Origin: Felis catus
Taxonomy: Eukaryota
Assembly: GCF_018350175.1 (NCBI RefSeq)
Contig: NC_058368.1
Coordinates: 220,598,001 to 220,662,000, forward strand
Direction of reading: 5' to 3'
Length of the DNA stretch: 64,000 bases
Under the pieces are notes generated by a model, which was not told the DNA's origin, did not search any database, and saw only the letters and a list, made by a program, of their open reading frames with translations. Within the stretch, counting starts at the first letter, position 1. Every line of letters starts with the position of its first letter. Positions 1-13,183 of the stretch are shown here, one piece after another. The translations under genes and the position numbers were made by a program.

Positions 1-125
1 GCTCAGAGCCTGGAGCCTGCTTCAGATTCTATGTCTCACCCTTTCCCTGCCCCTCCCCTGCTTGTGTTCTCTCTCTTTGTCTCTTGAAAATAAATAAATT
101 TTAAAAAATAAAATAAAATTTAAAT
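1..125 (+). mobile_element. Can-SINE 3' half, cut by window edge
   Basis: GCTCAGAGCCTGGAGCCTGCTTCAGATTC body, CT-rich tract, AATAAA/A-rich tail. Confidence 0.93.
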
Positions 126-1849
126 AAGAAGGGAAGTGAGGACATGAAGTTTGTTGGACAGCAAAGGAGAAAATGGATCGCACATGCTGATGGTGTTTAA
201 TGATTGGTAAAGACAGAGTAAGAGGGAGCAGATGAGAAAGACAGGGAGGGAATTGGCACTAGACGCTTGAGATGCTTGATGCACATTGGAAGGGGAACAT
301 GGGTTTGGGGGTTCAAGACTCTCTTGCAGGAATAAATGGTTGGGGCAGCCCAGAAAATGGCATTGGAGGATAAAAGCGTAAGGAATTGGTATCCAGGTGT
401 GGGAAGATGGGTATTGTGCATAATAATATTAAAGAGCACTGTGAGAGGAGTAGGGCTGGAGCCAATGATAATGAACTGGGGTAAAATATGCAAGACCTGA
501 GGAATCTGACCAACAGCCAGCCTATGTGTGCAACATGAAGGACTAGCCAGCACAGGCGGATGCCATGGCATCCAGAAATAGGGGGCTTTTTAACTAGGAG
601 GGGAACATGGCATTGAAGAAGAGACAGGCATCTATATTGTGAATGCAAATGTGTGATCATGGGTGTGAAAATGCACAAGAGGATATTTTAAAATCATAAA
701 ACAAGTGGTGTTTAGCAGAATGGAAGGATGTGTCTTTCCCCTTTCTTTCCTTTTCTAATCTTCTTGCCTTAACTGCTTCCATTTCTGAGAACTCATTCCA
801 CCTGCAGCGTGAAATTGTTTGGGACTAGTATATGCTCTCCCATTGCATACTTGATAGCTTGACCTTGGTCTCAGGCTACTTTCTGAACCGCCTGTGTTGT
901 TTCTCTGTTAGCCTTTTACCCCCCAAGTAGAAGTTAAAGGCACACTTGATAGGTCTCAATATGTATGTCTTTTGTGCAGCTTCGTGGTGGGAAAGTCCAT
1001 TGCTCTTAATAGTTTTACTTCCCAGGGTAGTTCTACTTTTTCTCCTTCAAATCCATTGACCCCTAATCTTTTGAGCATAAAGAGCAAAAGATAATATACT
1101 GGCTATAAATATATTCAGTCGTAGCAGGCTGCTTATTTTCAGACTGAACATGCTGTTCTATTCCTACTACCTCCTATTAGGGGGGAAAAATGTGATGTAG
1201 GTCACTGTTCATTCACAACTAAATTTGAAGGATTATAAATCTTTCAAAGTAAACTTTAGGGGGTTGTTTTTAAAAATCCAAACTAAAAAATACCATACTG
1301 AATTCGAGATTATTTACATAAATAAACCAAATGATATAATTAATCTCAGCTTAGACCCACTGAGAAACATACTTAATTTGATTAAACATTACCTATTATG
1401 AGCAGTATGGTTTGGGTCACTAGAATGGAAGCAGAGACAACTGATTAAATTCCAGTGAGTATCCTCAACTATTTTACACAACTCAATGTTTCATGTTCAG
1501 GTAACTCTATGACTCTGTTGAACCATTTCAGACACTTTCAGCTTTACCTGTCCCAGGTTTAGAGCGACCAATTTTGTGTGTGCTTTTCCCAGACTCCTCC
1601 ATAGTGACCAATTCTATACTAACATGAACCAACTTCTTGTCTCAAGTTTGCAGTACACTAAGTAGTGTTGCCCTGTTGCTGCTAAGGCATGAGACACCGA
1701 GAAACACACAGGGCACCCACACATGCCCAACTCCAAGGTGTAGGGAGCTAAAACTCATGGAGACAATTATAGACAGGAAATGGTTATTTTCTTTCTTCTT
1801 TCTATTAGACATTCCTGTCCTGAGATATAATACTTTTTAAGGCTCTAGA

Positions 1850-2514
1850 AGACAGGCCAGGAATATGTGCCCCTAAGGGTGCCCAGGTGGCTCAGTCGGT
1901 TAAGCATCCATTCTTGATTTGGGCTCAGTGCATGATCTTGCCATCATGATACTGAGACTCCTGTTGTGCTCTGTGCTGGGAATGGAGTCTGCTTAAGATT
2001 TTGTCTCTCCCTTTGCCCCTCCCCGGGTCGAAGGCACACACACCTGCCCTCTCAAAAACACAAAAACAAAAACAAAAAACAATAAACAAAACAAAACAAA
2101 AACAGAAAGAAAGAATGTGCCATTCCTTTCTTGTGCTGTAGGACGCATAATTGATGGATGGACCCAGCTACTATGCTCTGCATCTACCATTCAGGCCACA
2201 CCTTCCATAGGATGCTTTCAGCCAAAGGCAGAGAACAGCAGGGGTACCAAGACAGGCCCATTCCTGCAAGATGCAGGACTCCTCTGATAGATGACATTGA
2301 ATCAAGGCCGAATCCTCCTGTGAAATGCATCACAATCTGAGACTCTGCCTGACCTCATTTCTTCCCTACACAGGACTGAGGCCTGCATCCTGGTCTGATG
2401 ACCCTGCCACCTCTTCCAGCTCCCTCTCCTTTTCAGTCCATAGTCTTCTTCCCCAGTAAGTTTCCTGTACCTCTATTTCCATCTTGGTGTCTGCCTGACA
2501 GAGGACCTGAACAA
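1850..2514 (+). mobile_element. LTR16A-like ERVL (class III) 5' LTR, interrupted by a SINE
   Basis: CAGGCCCATTCCTGCAAGATGCAGGACTCCTCTGA and terminal CCATCTTGGTGTCTGC..AGAGGACCTGAACA resemble recalled LTR16A consensus; directly followed by ERV internal sequence. Confidence 0.8.
1877..2112 (+). mobile_element. Can-SINE inserted in LTR16A
   Basis: GGGTGCCCAGGTGGCTCAGTCGGTTAAGC head, (CAAAA)n tail, imperfect ATGTGCC flanking repeat. Confidence 0.9.
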
Positions 2515-4292
2515 AGTGGTACTGAGAATAGCCCAAGAACACAGACAGTAAGAAGGATCTTGGACTGGCTCACTTCCCACTCATCAGGCCAAGACAGCAC
2601 TAGCCTGAATGGTAGTTGGGGCACAGATAATCCCTAGCACAAGGTGGTGACTAAATAGGTAAAAGTTCACTATCCATGATTTAGTAAAACGCCTACATGG
2701 AGAAGAATATCTCAGGTGCAATGATCCAGGTATTTGAAATATATAGAAGGAATAATGCCTACAAAGACAGAGGAGTTAGCTGGTTTCTGAAAAGTTATTT
2801 TGACATCTTTCAGAGAGATAATGAGAAAATAAAGTGATTAAGAAGCTGCTAATGGCCAAGTGTGACAGCTAGAGGGTCTCTACTAGCTTAAAAAGAAACA
2901 CTCATCTCTTATAGTGGAAAAGTAGACACCACTAAAAAGAGACTAAGAATTGATACTTAGAGGTATAGAACTCCAGAGATGTCAGAGCTCTCAGCCAAGG
3001 CAGATCAGCTACACCAGGGTCAGGGTTCTGGTTGGAAAAACCCCATACACTGAAACATAAAGAAGATATGAGGGATCCTCTTGAGGATGATGATTCTTCA
3101 CGTACCCATTAACTGTCAGAACCTGCAGAGCTGGTCCATCCTTTCCTGTTAAGAGATATTAGATGATCCACTGTGTTGAAAGATGCTGCAGAGGTCTTTC
3201 CCTCACAAGGCAAAAATAGATCCTCGGAAGCTGCTCTAAGCTCCTCACCTGTATGCCTGGCCAATCATCAGTGTTAGGTCACGGTATATGCCACCTGTTG
3301 ACATCCTGGGCTGGATAAGTTTAGAAACAGGCCATGCACTGAAGGAATTCCAAGAATTAATTTGTAGGTATTGGTAAAAGCCAGAGGATTATCCCTGAAA
3401 TTGAGTTCCAAGGATACCTGGTGAAGCAGACTGCTGAATACAAGACAAAAAAATGTAAGAATTTTCTTAAGACATGAGATTAAACACTCTGGACAGGATC
3501 CCAGGAGATGGACTAACTGACTTCTAGGTTGGCATATAGAAGCCTGGAAAAAATGATGGCCAATGTTCAGTGGAGTGGAAATACCTGAGTTGGCTCTGGA
3601 AGATGGTCAAGAAAGGGATAAAGTGGCTAGGGAAGTAGTCAGGATTAAAAGATCTATTATGCAAGGCCAGAATACCCACCAGAGGTTAATATTTCACAGA
3701 ACAGCCTACAAGACATACCATTAGGAATGTACTGATGAGAGGGGCACCTGCCTCATGAAGTTCAGTGGTGGCTGTCCTCTGCTGGGCATGGCTGATGATA
3801 GGGGAGACAATTACAAAAGCACACATTGGGGCTCATTAATATCTGGGGACAGATAACCCCCAAAGAACTAAAGGCCAGATGGCAGTGCTTAACCAGAAGG
3901 AACTGGGAAGCTTCAATTAGCATAATGTCTAGCAAGACTGAAGGACAGCTGAGGAGCTTTGATCCACATGGAGTTGGGTGATAGTTAAAAGAGCATGATG
4001 TTCCTAAGCATAAAGTAGGCAACCAACATGGCTGATGTTAGACATCTGTGTAAACCAAAAAAGAAAAATTGGTGAGCAAGAGGCAGAAGAACATGGTTGT
4101 TTTCATACAAAGCTGTGTTCCTTTATTATTTTCCAGACATAAGCCAATTTATTTGTCCAAACACCTTTGCATAAAGAATTCTTTCTACAACAGATTCCTA
4201 AAAAGGACCCCACAACATTGTGGCAAATATGTAATATAATGATTATCTCAGTCTTCCCCAAAGAGATTTATAAACCATTTATTCAGGTGACT

Positions 4293-4466
4293 TTTTCATT
4301 TTTTTTTAAGTTTGTTTATTTTGATAGAGAAAGAGAGAGAGAGAGCATGGGAGAGGGAATTCCAAACAGGCTTTGTGCTGTCAGTGTGGAGCCCATTGCG
4401 GGGCTCAATCCCATGGTCGTGAATCAAGTGTTGGACACTTAACTGACAGAGCCATCCAGGCACCCC
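4293..4466 (-). mobile_element. Can-SINE inserted in ERV
   Basis: Reverse SINE ending CCAGGCACCCC; flanking TATTCAGGTGA / TACTCAGGTAA repeats. Confidence 0.9.
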
Positions 4467-4685
4467 TACTCAGGTAATTTTATATAGGCTTTAAGTTGGT
4501 AGTAATATCTGGAGACCCAAACATCACATCGCCCTGGCCCCCTTTTCAGAGAAGGAGTCCAGGTAATAAATAGAATCTTGGCTAAAGTACAGATCACAGT
4601 GGGCCCATTGAGTGAGGATTAAAATCCACAGGTCATTTCCCATGTTCCTGAATGTTTATTTGAATTTATATTCTCAGCAGTTGGG

Positions 4686-4687
<2 letters not shown>

Positions 4688-4730
<43 letters not shown>

Positions 4731-4735
4731 ACACA
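4688..4735. repeat. (CA)n microsatellite
   Basis: Directly visible CA run. Confidence 0.97.
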
Positions 4736-5559
4736 TGTTGGGTCCTTGTCCTTTTGGTGCTATTATAATGAAGAAGGATAAATGCAAACCTCTGAAACTG
4801 CCCCCCATTGAAGCCAAAATAATAAATCCAAAACTAGAGATATGTATCCCAGAGAAATGGCAAAGATTAGTACCACCAATAAAGACACAGTAAACCCTGG
4901 TGGTCGTTCCTATCATATCTGCATTTAATTCACAAGATTAACCTACACAGAGACTGAATAAATTATGGAAAATGACTGTAGATTACGGCAGACTTAACCA
5001 GTAGTATTTCTGATCAAAGCTATTGTGCCTAGGGTGGTACCAGTGCTGAAGCATATTCATAAATTCTTGGGTATATACCATGCAGCCATTCATGTAGTGA
5101 ATGAATTATTTCCTATTCCCATCAGAAAAGTGGATCAGAAATGGATCACCTTTACATGGGATGACAAAAATACTCATTTATAGTTTTGTCGTAGGAGTGT
5201 ATAATATCTCCTGTCACCTGCCATGACATAATTCAAAATTGTTTGGACTGTCTACATATCTCCTAGAACATCACACTGTTCCATTACATTGATGGCATCA
5301 TGCATTGGATAGAATGAACTGAAAGTTGCAAGTGCATTGGAGGGTTTGTCAAGATAGCTGGGTTTCAGAGGGTGCAAAATAAATGCTCTGATAATTCAGA
5401 AGCTACATCTTCACTGAAATTTTAAGAAAGCAGTGATGGAGTGCTTGCCAGAATATCTGTCGGATGACTTCTTTCCATGGATCTTCCATGTTTCAACAAT
5501 GGTTTCAGCAGCAGTAAGGATATAGAGCCACGCTTCATTTCTATACACTGTGGCTTCTG

Positions 5560-6150
5560 GAAATTTTTCTCTGGAATGCAACTCTTAATTGTCTATTCTG
5601 CTTAATTTGGCTGTTGGGTTAGGAACAAAGGCATTCATGTTGTCTCATAATACATGTAATTAAGGCTGTATCAACTGGACTTCAAATAGAGAGATGATCT
5701 CATTGCAGTATTGACCTCCACCATGCTCTCTGGTTACTAAATCTAACCAGTGAAACTAACCCTATAAACCATTAGGGTCTGTTTTCAACTGCCCAGTGAT
5801 GATCTACTCAATATCTATATTTACTTTTCCATTTGACTCAAGAAATTAACCTGGGATATAGCAGGATATATAGTGATTTCACAGACTTCTCATTGAACTA
5901 CAAAAAGCAGGTGATGAGCAATTCCATTATTTATCACAAACCTGACCAGTGAGTTGAATCTGGACTGAAAGGCTTCCATAACTATGCTTATATCATTGAT
6001 TAATTAAAATCAGGGACAGTATTCATGCCACTTTTTCTAATTGGATGACACCTTGAGTAGAGAAAACTTTCCATTAATAACAAGTTATTTATTCCTCTAG
6101 GAATTTTCACCTAGTTGCCAAGGACAGCCGAATTCTGGAAAGACCTCCAC
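5560..6150 (-). pseudogene. Retroviral env transmembrane-subunit fossil (heptad, ISD-like, CX6CC-like, membrane-proximal)
   Basis: Manual minus-strand translation: GVIQLEKVA*ILSL / INDISIVMEAFQSRFNSLVRFVINNGIAHHLLFVVQ*EVCEIT(fs)ISCYI / KTDPNGL*G*FHWLD / RAWWRSILQ / LITCIMR. Confidence 0.72.
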
Positions 6151-6759
6151 AATCCACTCCATAAATGTATAAGTTTCTTGTAAAAAGGGATTTCTCCATT
6201 GATGTATTCAAGCATCCAGAAATTATCTCATAAATATGTCTGTAATATATATTTGTTGAATGGATTAATTGTAAAAAAGTATTTATGATAAGTATTAGAA
6301 GGATATTGTATTATTTGAGAATGATGAAAAAAAAAACAGGCTGGCCCCAAATTTCACCCAGTTGTATAAAAAAAATTAGATCCACAGGCTTTACTTGAAT
6401 GAACAGTAGAGAAAAAGAATAAAGTCCTTTGCTAATTATGCTCCATGAGTCAGGCTTTTTGCATGGACAGGTTATGATGGTCATCATAAACCTCAAACAT
6501 TTATAATCTAGAACATTTAATCACTTGACTGATGACTGGAAAACAAATAAATGCCATAGCTGATAGTAACTGCAAAACTTCAATGAAAGAAAATAGCACT
6601 GAGGACTAGATTGAGGAAAATATAACTTAAAAATAAGTATTATGATAGTTGAATGGAACATAATGGAGATAAAAAATATTTCACAAGAGTTACAGTATGA
6701 GAAACTTTCATTTCAAGAATGACAATGTTAAGAAAATGATGTTCCCATGTTAAACTGAA

Positions 6760-6828
6760 AAATAAAAAATAAGATAAAATAAATAAATAAAATAAAATAA
6801 AATAAAATAAAATAAAATAAAATAAAAA
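6760..6828. repeat. (TAAAA)n simple repeat
   Basis: Directly visible. Confidence 0.95.
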
Positions 6829-7015
6829 TGACCTAATTCATATTTGAAAGGACTTAAGAAGTGCAGTGTTTCCTGAACTGTTAGTTTACTACAGTCTCTA
6901 ACCTTCACTGACCTGAGTCCATGTCAGGGGTCAGGAATAGCACATAATGTAGTGTTTCCCACTCTTCACAAGTGGATAGTCCCATGGTAAATATTTCTTT
7001 AAGTATGATGGATTG

Positions 7016-7236
7016 TTTATTAGTTTTCTAGGGCTGCTATAACAAAGTACCACAACCTGGGTGACTAAAACAACTGAAAGTTATTATCTCACACCTGGAC
7101 TCTAGAAGTCTGAAATCAAGGAGTTGGCAGACAGAATTGCTTCCCTCTGAGGACTTATGATGGAAGAATCTGCTGAAGGACTCTCCCCTCAGCTTGTCAA
7201 TGACTGCCATCTTCCCATGTCTTTCCCATCCTTTCC

Positions 7237-7319
<83 letters not shown>

Positions 7320-7497
7320 TTGTCCAAATTCCCCCCTTTTTGTAACAATACCAGTCAAATTGAATTAGGGCCTACCCTAAAAATCTCATCTTACTAACTG
7401 CATTTACAATAACTCTGTACCCAGATAAAGTCACATTCTGAGGCATTAGAGCTTCAACTTATGATATTTTTGAGGAACATAATTCAAACCATAACAG
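7016..7497 (-). mobile_element. MLT1-type MaLR LTR containing (CT)n(AT)n microsatellite at 7241-7317
   Basis: TATTAGTTTTCTAGGGCTGCTATAACAAAGTACCAC start and AATTCAAACCATAACA end typical of reverse MLT1. Confidence 0.85.
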
Positions 7498-7621
7498 AGT
7501 GAATTCTGGAGTTCAAAATAAAATTCCAAATGGATATATTTGCAAGGTAGTATTTGGAAATAGAAATGTCCACTAACTTTGGAATTAATATAACCTGGTT
7601 TTGAACTAAACTTGTGAGATT

Positions 7622-7780
7622 CTTTTTTTAATTGAAGTAGAATTGGCACACAAAGTTACACTAGTTTCAGATGTATGACATAGAGATTGGACAAGTTTAT
7701 ATATTACGCTACGCTCACCACAAGTGTACTACCATCTGCCATCACACAACACCATTACAATAGCACTGATTATATTTCTT
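7622..7780 (-). mobile_element. L1 3' end fragment
   Basis: T-rich start then TTGAAGTAGAATTGGCACAC..TAGTTTCAGATGTA, reverse L1 3' UTR pattern. Confidence 0.65.
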
Positions 7781-7818
7781 CATAAGATATTTCCAAACTG
7801 ATACCACAATAATTACTC

Positions 7819-8010
7819 TAGTGGTTAAGAGTATGAATTTTCAGTCAAACAGACAAGATTTTAAATCCGTGTCCCGCTAATAAAATGCTATTTGACTTTA
7901 GATAATTAATTTTATTTTTGAAAAATATTTTCCTTACCAATAAATACAGCAGTCATAACAAAGACTTTGCAAATAAGGTTACTGTAAAAATTAAGTGACT
8001 TGATATTTGT
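7819..8010 (+). mobile_element. MIR fragment
   Basis: TAGTGGTTAAGAGT head and diverged core. Confidence 0.55.
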
Positions 8011-8184
8011 AAAGCTATTATTGCAAATATTATATTTGGTGCAGTGTTGAAGCTACTGCTAATTACTGCTCTGCTCCCCACATCGAAAATGTGGGTCACA
8101 ATTCGCTTTCCCAAGTACTCATAACATTTATAAACAATCTTGTACATAATCACTCGGATGATGACTTTCACATTTATATTTTGC

Positions 8185-9190
8185 ATTTGTTCTTGCTGTT
8201 ACGAAGCAGCCCAATATGGGTGGCTAAAACAAGATCAACATATTATCTCACAATTCTGAAGCCAGAAGTCCAAAATCAATGTGCCAGCTTCCTCCGAAGC
8301 CTATAGAGGAGAATCCTTCCCTACTTCTTCCAGCCTCTGTTATCTTTTAGCATTCCATGGTTTCTGGCACGGTAGCTCTACCTCCGTCTTCACATGCTAC
8401 TCTCTCTGTGTGTCCTCATCTCTTCTTATAAAGATAAGAGTTTGGAATCAGGGCTCATCCTAACCCAATATTACCTCAACTTAACTAATTGCATCACCAA
8501 AAACTATTTCCAAATAAGGTTACAATCTGAGGTTCTAGATGGATGTGAAATTTGAGGGAACACCATATAATTCACTTCAGTCTGACATCTGGTCTCCCCA
8601 AATTCATGCAAAATACATTCACTCTATTCCCATATCCTCAAAGTCTTAGTCCATGCCAGCAGTAGCTCTGAATCCAAAACCTCTTCTACATATCATCAAC
8701 TCAAAAAGTCCCTAATTCATCATCTCAATCAGGTATGGACAAGACTTTGGATATGCTCTATCAAGAAGGAAATTCAACTCTGTCACCCATGAAACTAGAA
8801 AAAAAAATGGCCTGCCTCTCAAATACAATGGCAGAACAGGCATAAAATAGACATGTCTATTGCAAAAGGGGGAAAATTGAATGAATAAAGAGCTTATTGG
8901 TCCAAAGAAAATCCAAAACCCAGCAGGGCAAGTTCCATTAGGTTTCAAGGTCTGAAAACAATCCTTTGTGGCTTGATGTTCTGCCCTTTGGGCTGCTGGA
9001 GGCAGCACCACCTTCTTGCCTGTGAATGCAGCAGACTCTGCTCTTCTGGCCCATGGTATCAATGGCAGCCCCTCCTGCTCCCTTCCCTGTCCTGTCTGAG
9101 CAGCCTTTGAAGTCATGCATCTTTCTTGAAGGATAACACATTTGTGGTTTACAGCTGAGTACTTCCTTCAGCATGTTTCCTGCCTATAGA
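8185..9190 (-). mobile_element. MLT1 LTR (8185-8580) plus adjoining MaLR internal sequence
   Basis: ATCTCACAATTCTGAAGCCAGAAGTCCAAAATCAA LTR motif; internal CCCCAAATTCATG..AAAATACATTCAC, TACAATGGCAGAACAGGCATA. Confidence 0.78.
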
Positions 9191-9394
9191 CTTTGGCAAA
9201 AATACTTTAAAATAGGTACTGTGTACTCCATTAGATACACAAACATCCAAGTGTCTTTCTTTGATTATTGCAGCTAGCGATGCTCATTATCTAAATTAAT
9301 TAATTAATTAGTCATATCAAAATAGTGCTCTGATTTGTCATTCTTTATTGGCCAGGATATTTCCCATGGTAAACTATTTTTGTAGAGCTATCTG

Positions 9395-9610
9395 GCCACT
9401 CTGGAAAACAGTATAGAGGTGCCTCAAAAAACTAAAAATAGAACTACCCTATGACTCTTAAATATGGGAATAGAGGGGTACTGGAGGGGTTTTTGGAGGG
9501 GGATGGGCTAAATGGGTAAGGGGCATTAAGGAATCTACTCCTGAAAGCATTATTTCACTATATACAAATTTGGATGTAAATTTTAAAAATTTTTAAAAAT
9601 TTTAAAAAAT
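9395..9610 (+). mobile_element. Short internally deleted felid L1 3' fragment
   Basis: ORF2-end CCACTCTGGAAAACAGTATAGAGG joined at GAC (~9453) to 3' UTR GGGATGGGCTAAATGGGTAAGGGGCATTAAGG. Confidence 0.8.
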
Positions 9611-11093
9611 GAAATAACTAACTTCTGTGAGACTAGGTTTATACATTCCTGGCTCTGCTTACATATGAGTAGGTCTCTTGTTGTTGTTTTCAATTAGCTA
9701 CCACACAATGCCAATTAACGCACTGTAACGGACTGTACCCATCTGTATAAATGTAAATGGACCTACCAAAATATCAGAGGCACAGCTCAGAAATATTAAA
9801 CTTCAGATAACCAGTGAAATAAACTGGGAAAGAGGATTCCAAATAAATTACTTGGGTTATTAACTGTTGACAGGACACTTACCCCACTTTTTTTCCCTTA
9901 AAATTAAAAATTCACCCTTTGGGCAATATTCTAAATATTCTTATTGTGAAATGCCTTCTCAATACTTAGTTTTTTTAAATAATGTTCTACAAAATATATC
10001 ATTTTAATTCATGATGAAATTACTGAAAAAAATGACATAAAATATATAAAATTAGGAAGGCAAGCCAACATCTTACAAATAATGGGAATGAATAAAACTA
10101 GTATAACACAAGGAAGTAGAGTGCTCTCATTTTGATCCATACTGTTAACATAGTAAGGTATTGTTACTACTATTAAATAGAGTCAATAGGCTACTTCTTG
10201 TACATAAGAGAAAAAAGTAATGTGTCATGAATGAAATAAATGCCATTTTTATTATGTGTATTTGGGGTGCTTATAAAATAAAAAGATTAGAGTAGACTAG
10301 AATACATTCTCCTTTTTCATCTGAATCACCAGACTAAAGGGATAAATCTGAGAATACTTTGTGGTTGGTATTTACTTTAGATTACCTCCAAGGAGAGAAA
10401 AATAAAATATACTACTCTATGCCTTTCCAGCATTGAATATAAGACAGATACATAATCTTGTCCATGAGAAGAATCTGATGGTAAGAAAAACAGAGAAGAT
10501 ATGGCTGGGGTAGAAAGGAAGTGGTTCAACTGCATGGAGAAACAGAAATAAGAATGGGGAATATTCCAGTGTAAAGAAAAATAGAGCAGTAAAGATTTTC
10601 AACAGGAACATGCTACTATTAAAACAAATTGATAAACATTGTTTTAAATATGGCTTATGAGTAAATTCATAAACAGAGATGAAGATATAGAAAAAGACCT
10701 ATAAAAAAGAAACTTCCTAGCTAACTGGCACACACAAAACCATATGAGTCACACAGAAAAAGAAAAATACAGATAAAAGCACAAAGAAAACAATCTTTAA
10801 GATATTCAGTGCTATTCTCCACAGTTCCTTAATGAGACTAAAAGGGAAAGAGCTGAAGTCCTCTGAACTAGTACCTGGGGTAATTTGTGATTTATTTTTT
10901 ATACATAAGTAGATTTCGTTATAAAAAGCTTCATTCCACCATATGAATTTGTGATGTCAAAAAGTTATTTTACTGGGTTCATAAGGAAATAAATTAAAGG
11001 GAGCTTCCGTGTACCTCATGTATTGTTTTAGACTGATTTTCTTGACTAAATGAATCCTAGCTAATGAAATGCATTCAAGATACTCATGATCAA

Positions 11094-13148
11094 GGGGGAA
11101 TTAGGAAGATGGTGAATCAGCATGGAGACCCTGAGCGTCTAGATCAGCACCAACTAGATCAGCACCAAACCATTTTGAACACTTAGGAAATTGATTTTAG
11201 GATTAATACAACAATCTGCATAACTTGAGCCACATAACTCAGCAGGTATGTGGTACAGAGAGGTGAACTAGGGGAGAGAAAAGCCATAGAAGATAGGAAA
11301 ACGTTTTTGTGGTGAGAGGACAAAGAGATAGGGGGAGAGTGCAGCACGTCAGGATCAGTTGTGCAAAAATGTACTACCCCAAGCACAGCTGGAGAAACAG
11401 AGATAAAGAGTAAAAACACTCTCAGGGGACTGAACAAAAAAATCTGTTCTCCAAAACCACTGACTGGAAGCAAAGAGATGGTTTCAATACCACCAATATT
11501 CTATAAAGAGTGGAGTACAGAGTCTGAAGTTCCGGAGCTCAGTGCCTGGTGGTGCTCTGGTGAGGAAGTAGGGCAAATACCCAGGAGCAGACAGTGGTGA
11601 GTGGGGTCTGAGGCATCCAGGTGCCACACAGGGAGAAGTGGTTCCCCTGCTTGGAGTGCATTTGGTAGAGCTCATATGGACCCTGGAGGCAAAGGACCCA
11701 GCGGACCCTGGAGAGCAGCCACATTTGCTGGTATTGGAACAAAGATTTCAGAGTATGGTGAAACCTGATGCTGGCTGCATGTTGTCATTTGCCACAATCT
11801 CTGAACCTCTGCCACTGCACTATCACATGAACGTTTTCAGGGGCAAGCTGTCACCAGGTCATTCCTCAGCAAGAACCTCCCCCAGGGCGTTGGCACGGGT
11901 CTAAGCTGTGAGGGTCTCTGAAGTATGGGGTTTTGAAACATGATGGCATCTGAGATAAACTTCTGGAGGTAGGTGCCACCTGGCAGACAGACAGCTTGGA
12001 TGCAGACAGGTTAGAGATGGGGAGTAGATGGAGGCCTGAGACAAAGGAGGGGTATTTGATCGGGTCAGTGAACTTCCTGTTCCAGAGACAAGGGAAATGA
12101 GTGAATCCATTTCCACCTCTCTCATGCATGCTCATGTGTACCACACTGATCCACCCCAGTAAGTTAAGAAAACAGTAACCTAGTGGAAAACAGGAGCCAT
12201 TACACCAAGCCCTGCCCAACTGTGCCTTGAAAGCACATCCCCTAGAAGATCAGCACGTGTCACTATACCTGCTTAGTACACAGAATATAGAGTGCTTCAT
12301 AGTTTCAGTTCTAGTGGAAAGTCGATATAACTTCATTTGGGTTTCATTCTGTTTGCTGGTTTATTTATTTGTTCATTTTCTTCTGTTTTTTCTTTTTAAA
12401 TTTTAAATTTTTTCTTACTTTTTTTTCTTTTCTTTCCTTTTTTCCCTCTATTTTATCAAGCTTCTTTCAACAAGCAGACCAAAACACACCTAGGATCTAG
12501 CTTCCTTTACTTGATTTTTTGTTTTGTTTTCAGTTTTTAATTTTTAATTTTACTATTTTTTCTTCCTTCAAAATGATAAAATGAAGGAATTCACCACAAA
12601 AGAAAGAACAGGAAGAAATGACAGCAAGGGGGTTAATCAACACAGATATAAGCGAGATGTCTGAACTAGAATTTAAAACCACTATAATAAGAACACTGGC
12701 TGAGGTTGAAAAAAGCATAGAATCCCTTTCTATGGAGATATAACAAGTAAAATCTGGCCAGGATGAAATTAAAAATACTATAACTGAGATGCAATCTTGA
12801 ATGGATGCCACGATGGCAAAGATGGATGAAATATAGCAGCAAATCAGTGATACAGAAGACAAAATTATGGAGAATAATGAAGCAGAAATAAAAGAGGGAA
12901 ACATAGACAAAAAAGCACTATACAAGACTTAGAGAACTCAGTGACTTATTAAAAAGGAATAACATCTGAATCATAGGAATGTGAAGACAGAGAAAAAGGA
13001 ACAGGTTTATGTGAGCAAATTATAGCAGAAAACTTTCCTAATCTGAGGAAGGGCAAAGACATCCAAGAAGCAGAGATCTCCCATTAGATTCAACAAAAAT
13101 TGACCATCACCAAAGCATACCATAGTCAAATTCACAGAATACACAGAC

Positions 13149-13183
<35 letters not shown>

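Larger units (their letters stand above)
2515..5460 (+). mobile_element. Degenerate class III ERV internal region (ERV3-16A3/ERVL-like gag-pro-RT fossil), 3' truncated
   Basis: RT motifs readable: WKMTVDYGRLNQ (~4966-5001), NITLFHYIDGIM (~5267-5302, YIDD decayed to YIDG); many stops and frameshifts; no 3' LTR. Confidence 0.85.

Noticed and set aside
130..730. Purine/G-rich stretch faintly resembling a Gly/Met-rich hnRNP M/MYEF2 retrocopy; ORFs 197-571 and 313-678
   Set aside because: No frame gives a convincing sustained match; stops in all plus frames; needs tblastx
7016..9190. Two same-orientation MLT1 LTRs as one provirus
   Set aside because: DNA between them is L1/MIR, and the internal sequence lies outside the pair
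12530..12925. 131 aa hydrophobic minus-strand ORF
   Set aside because: Antisense reading of A-rich L1 ORF1
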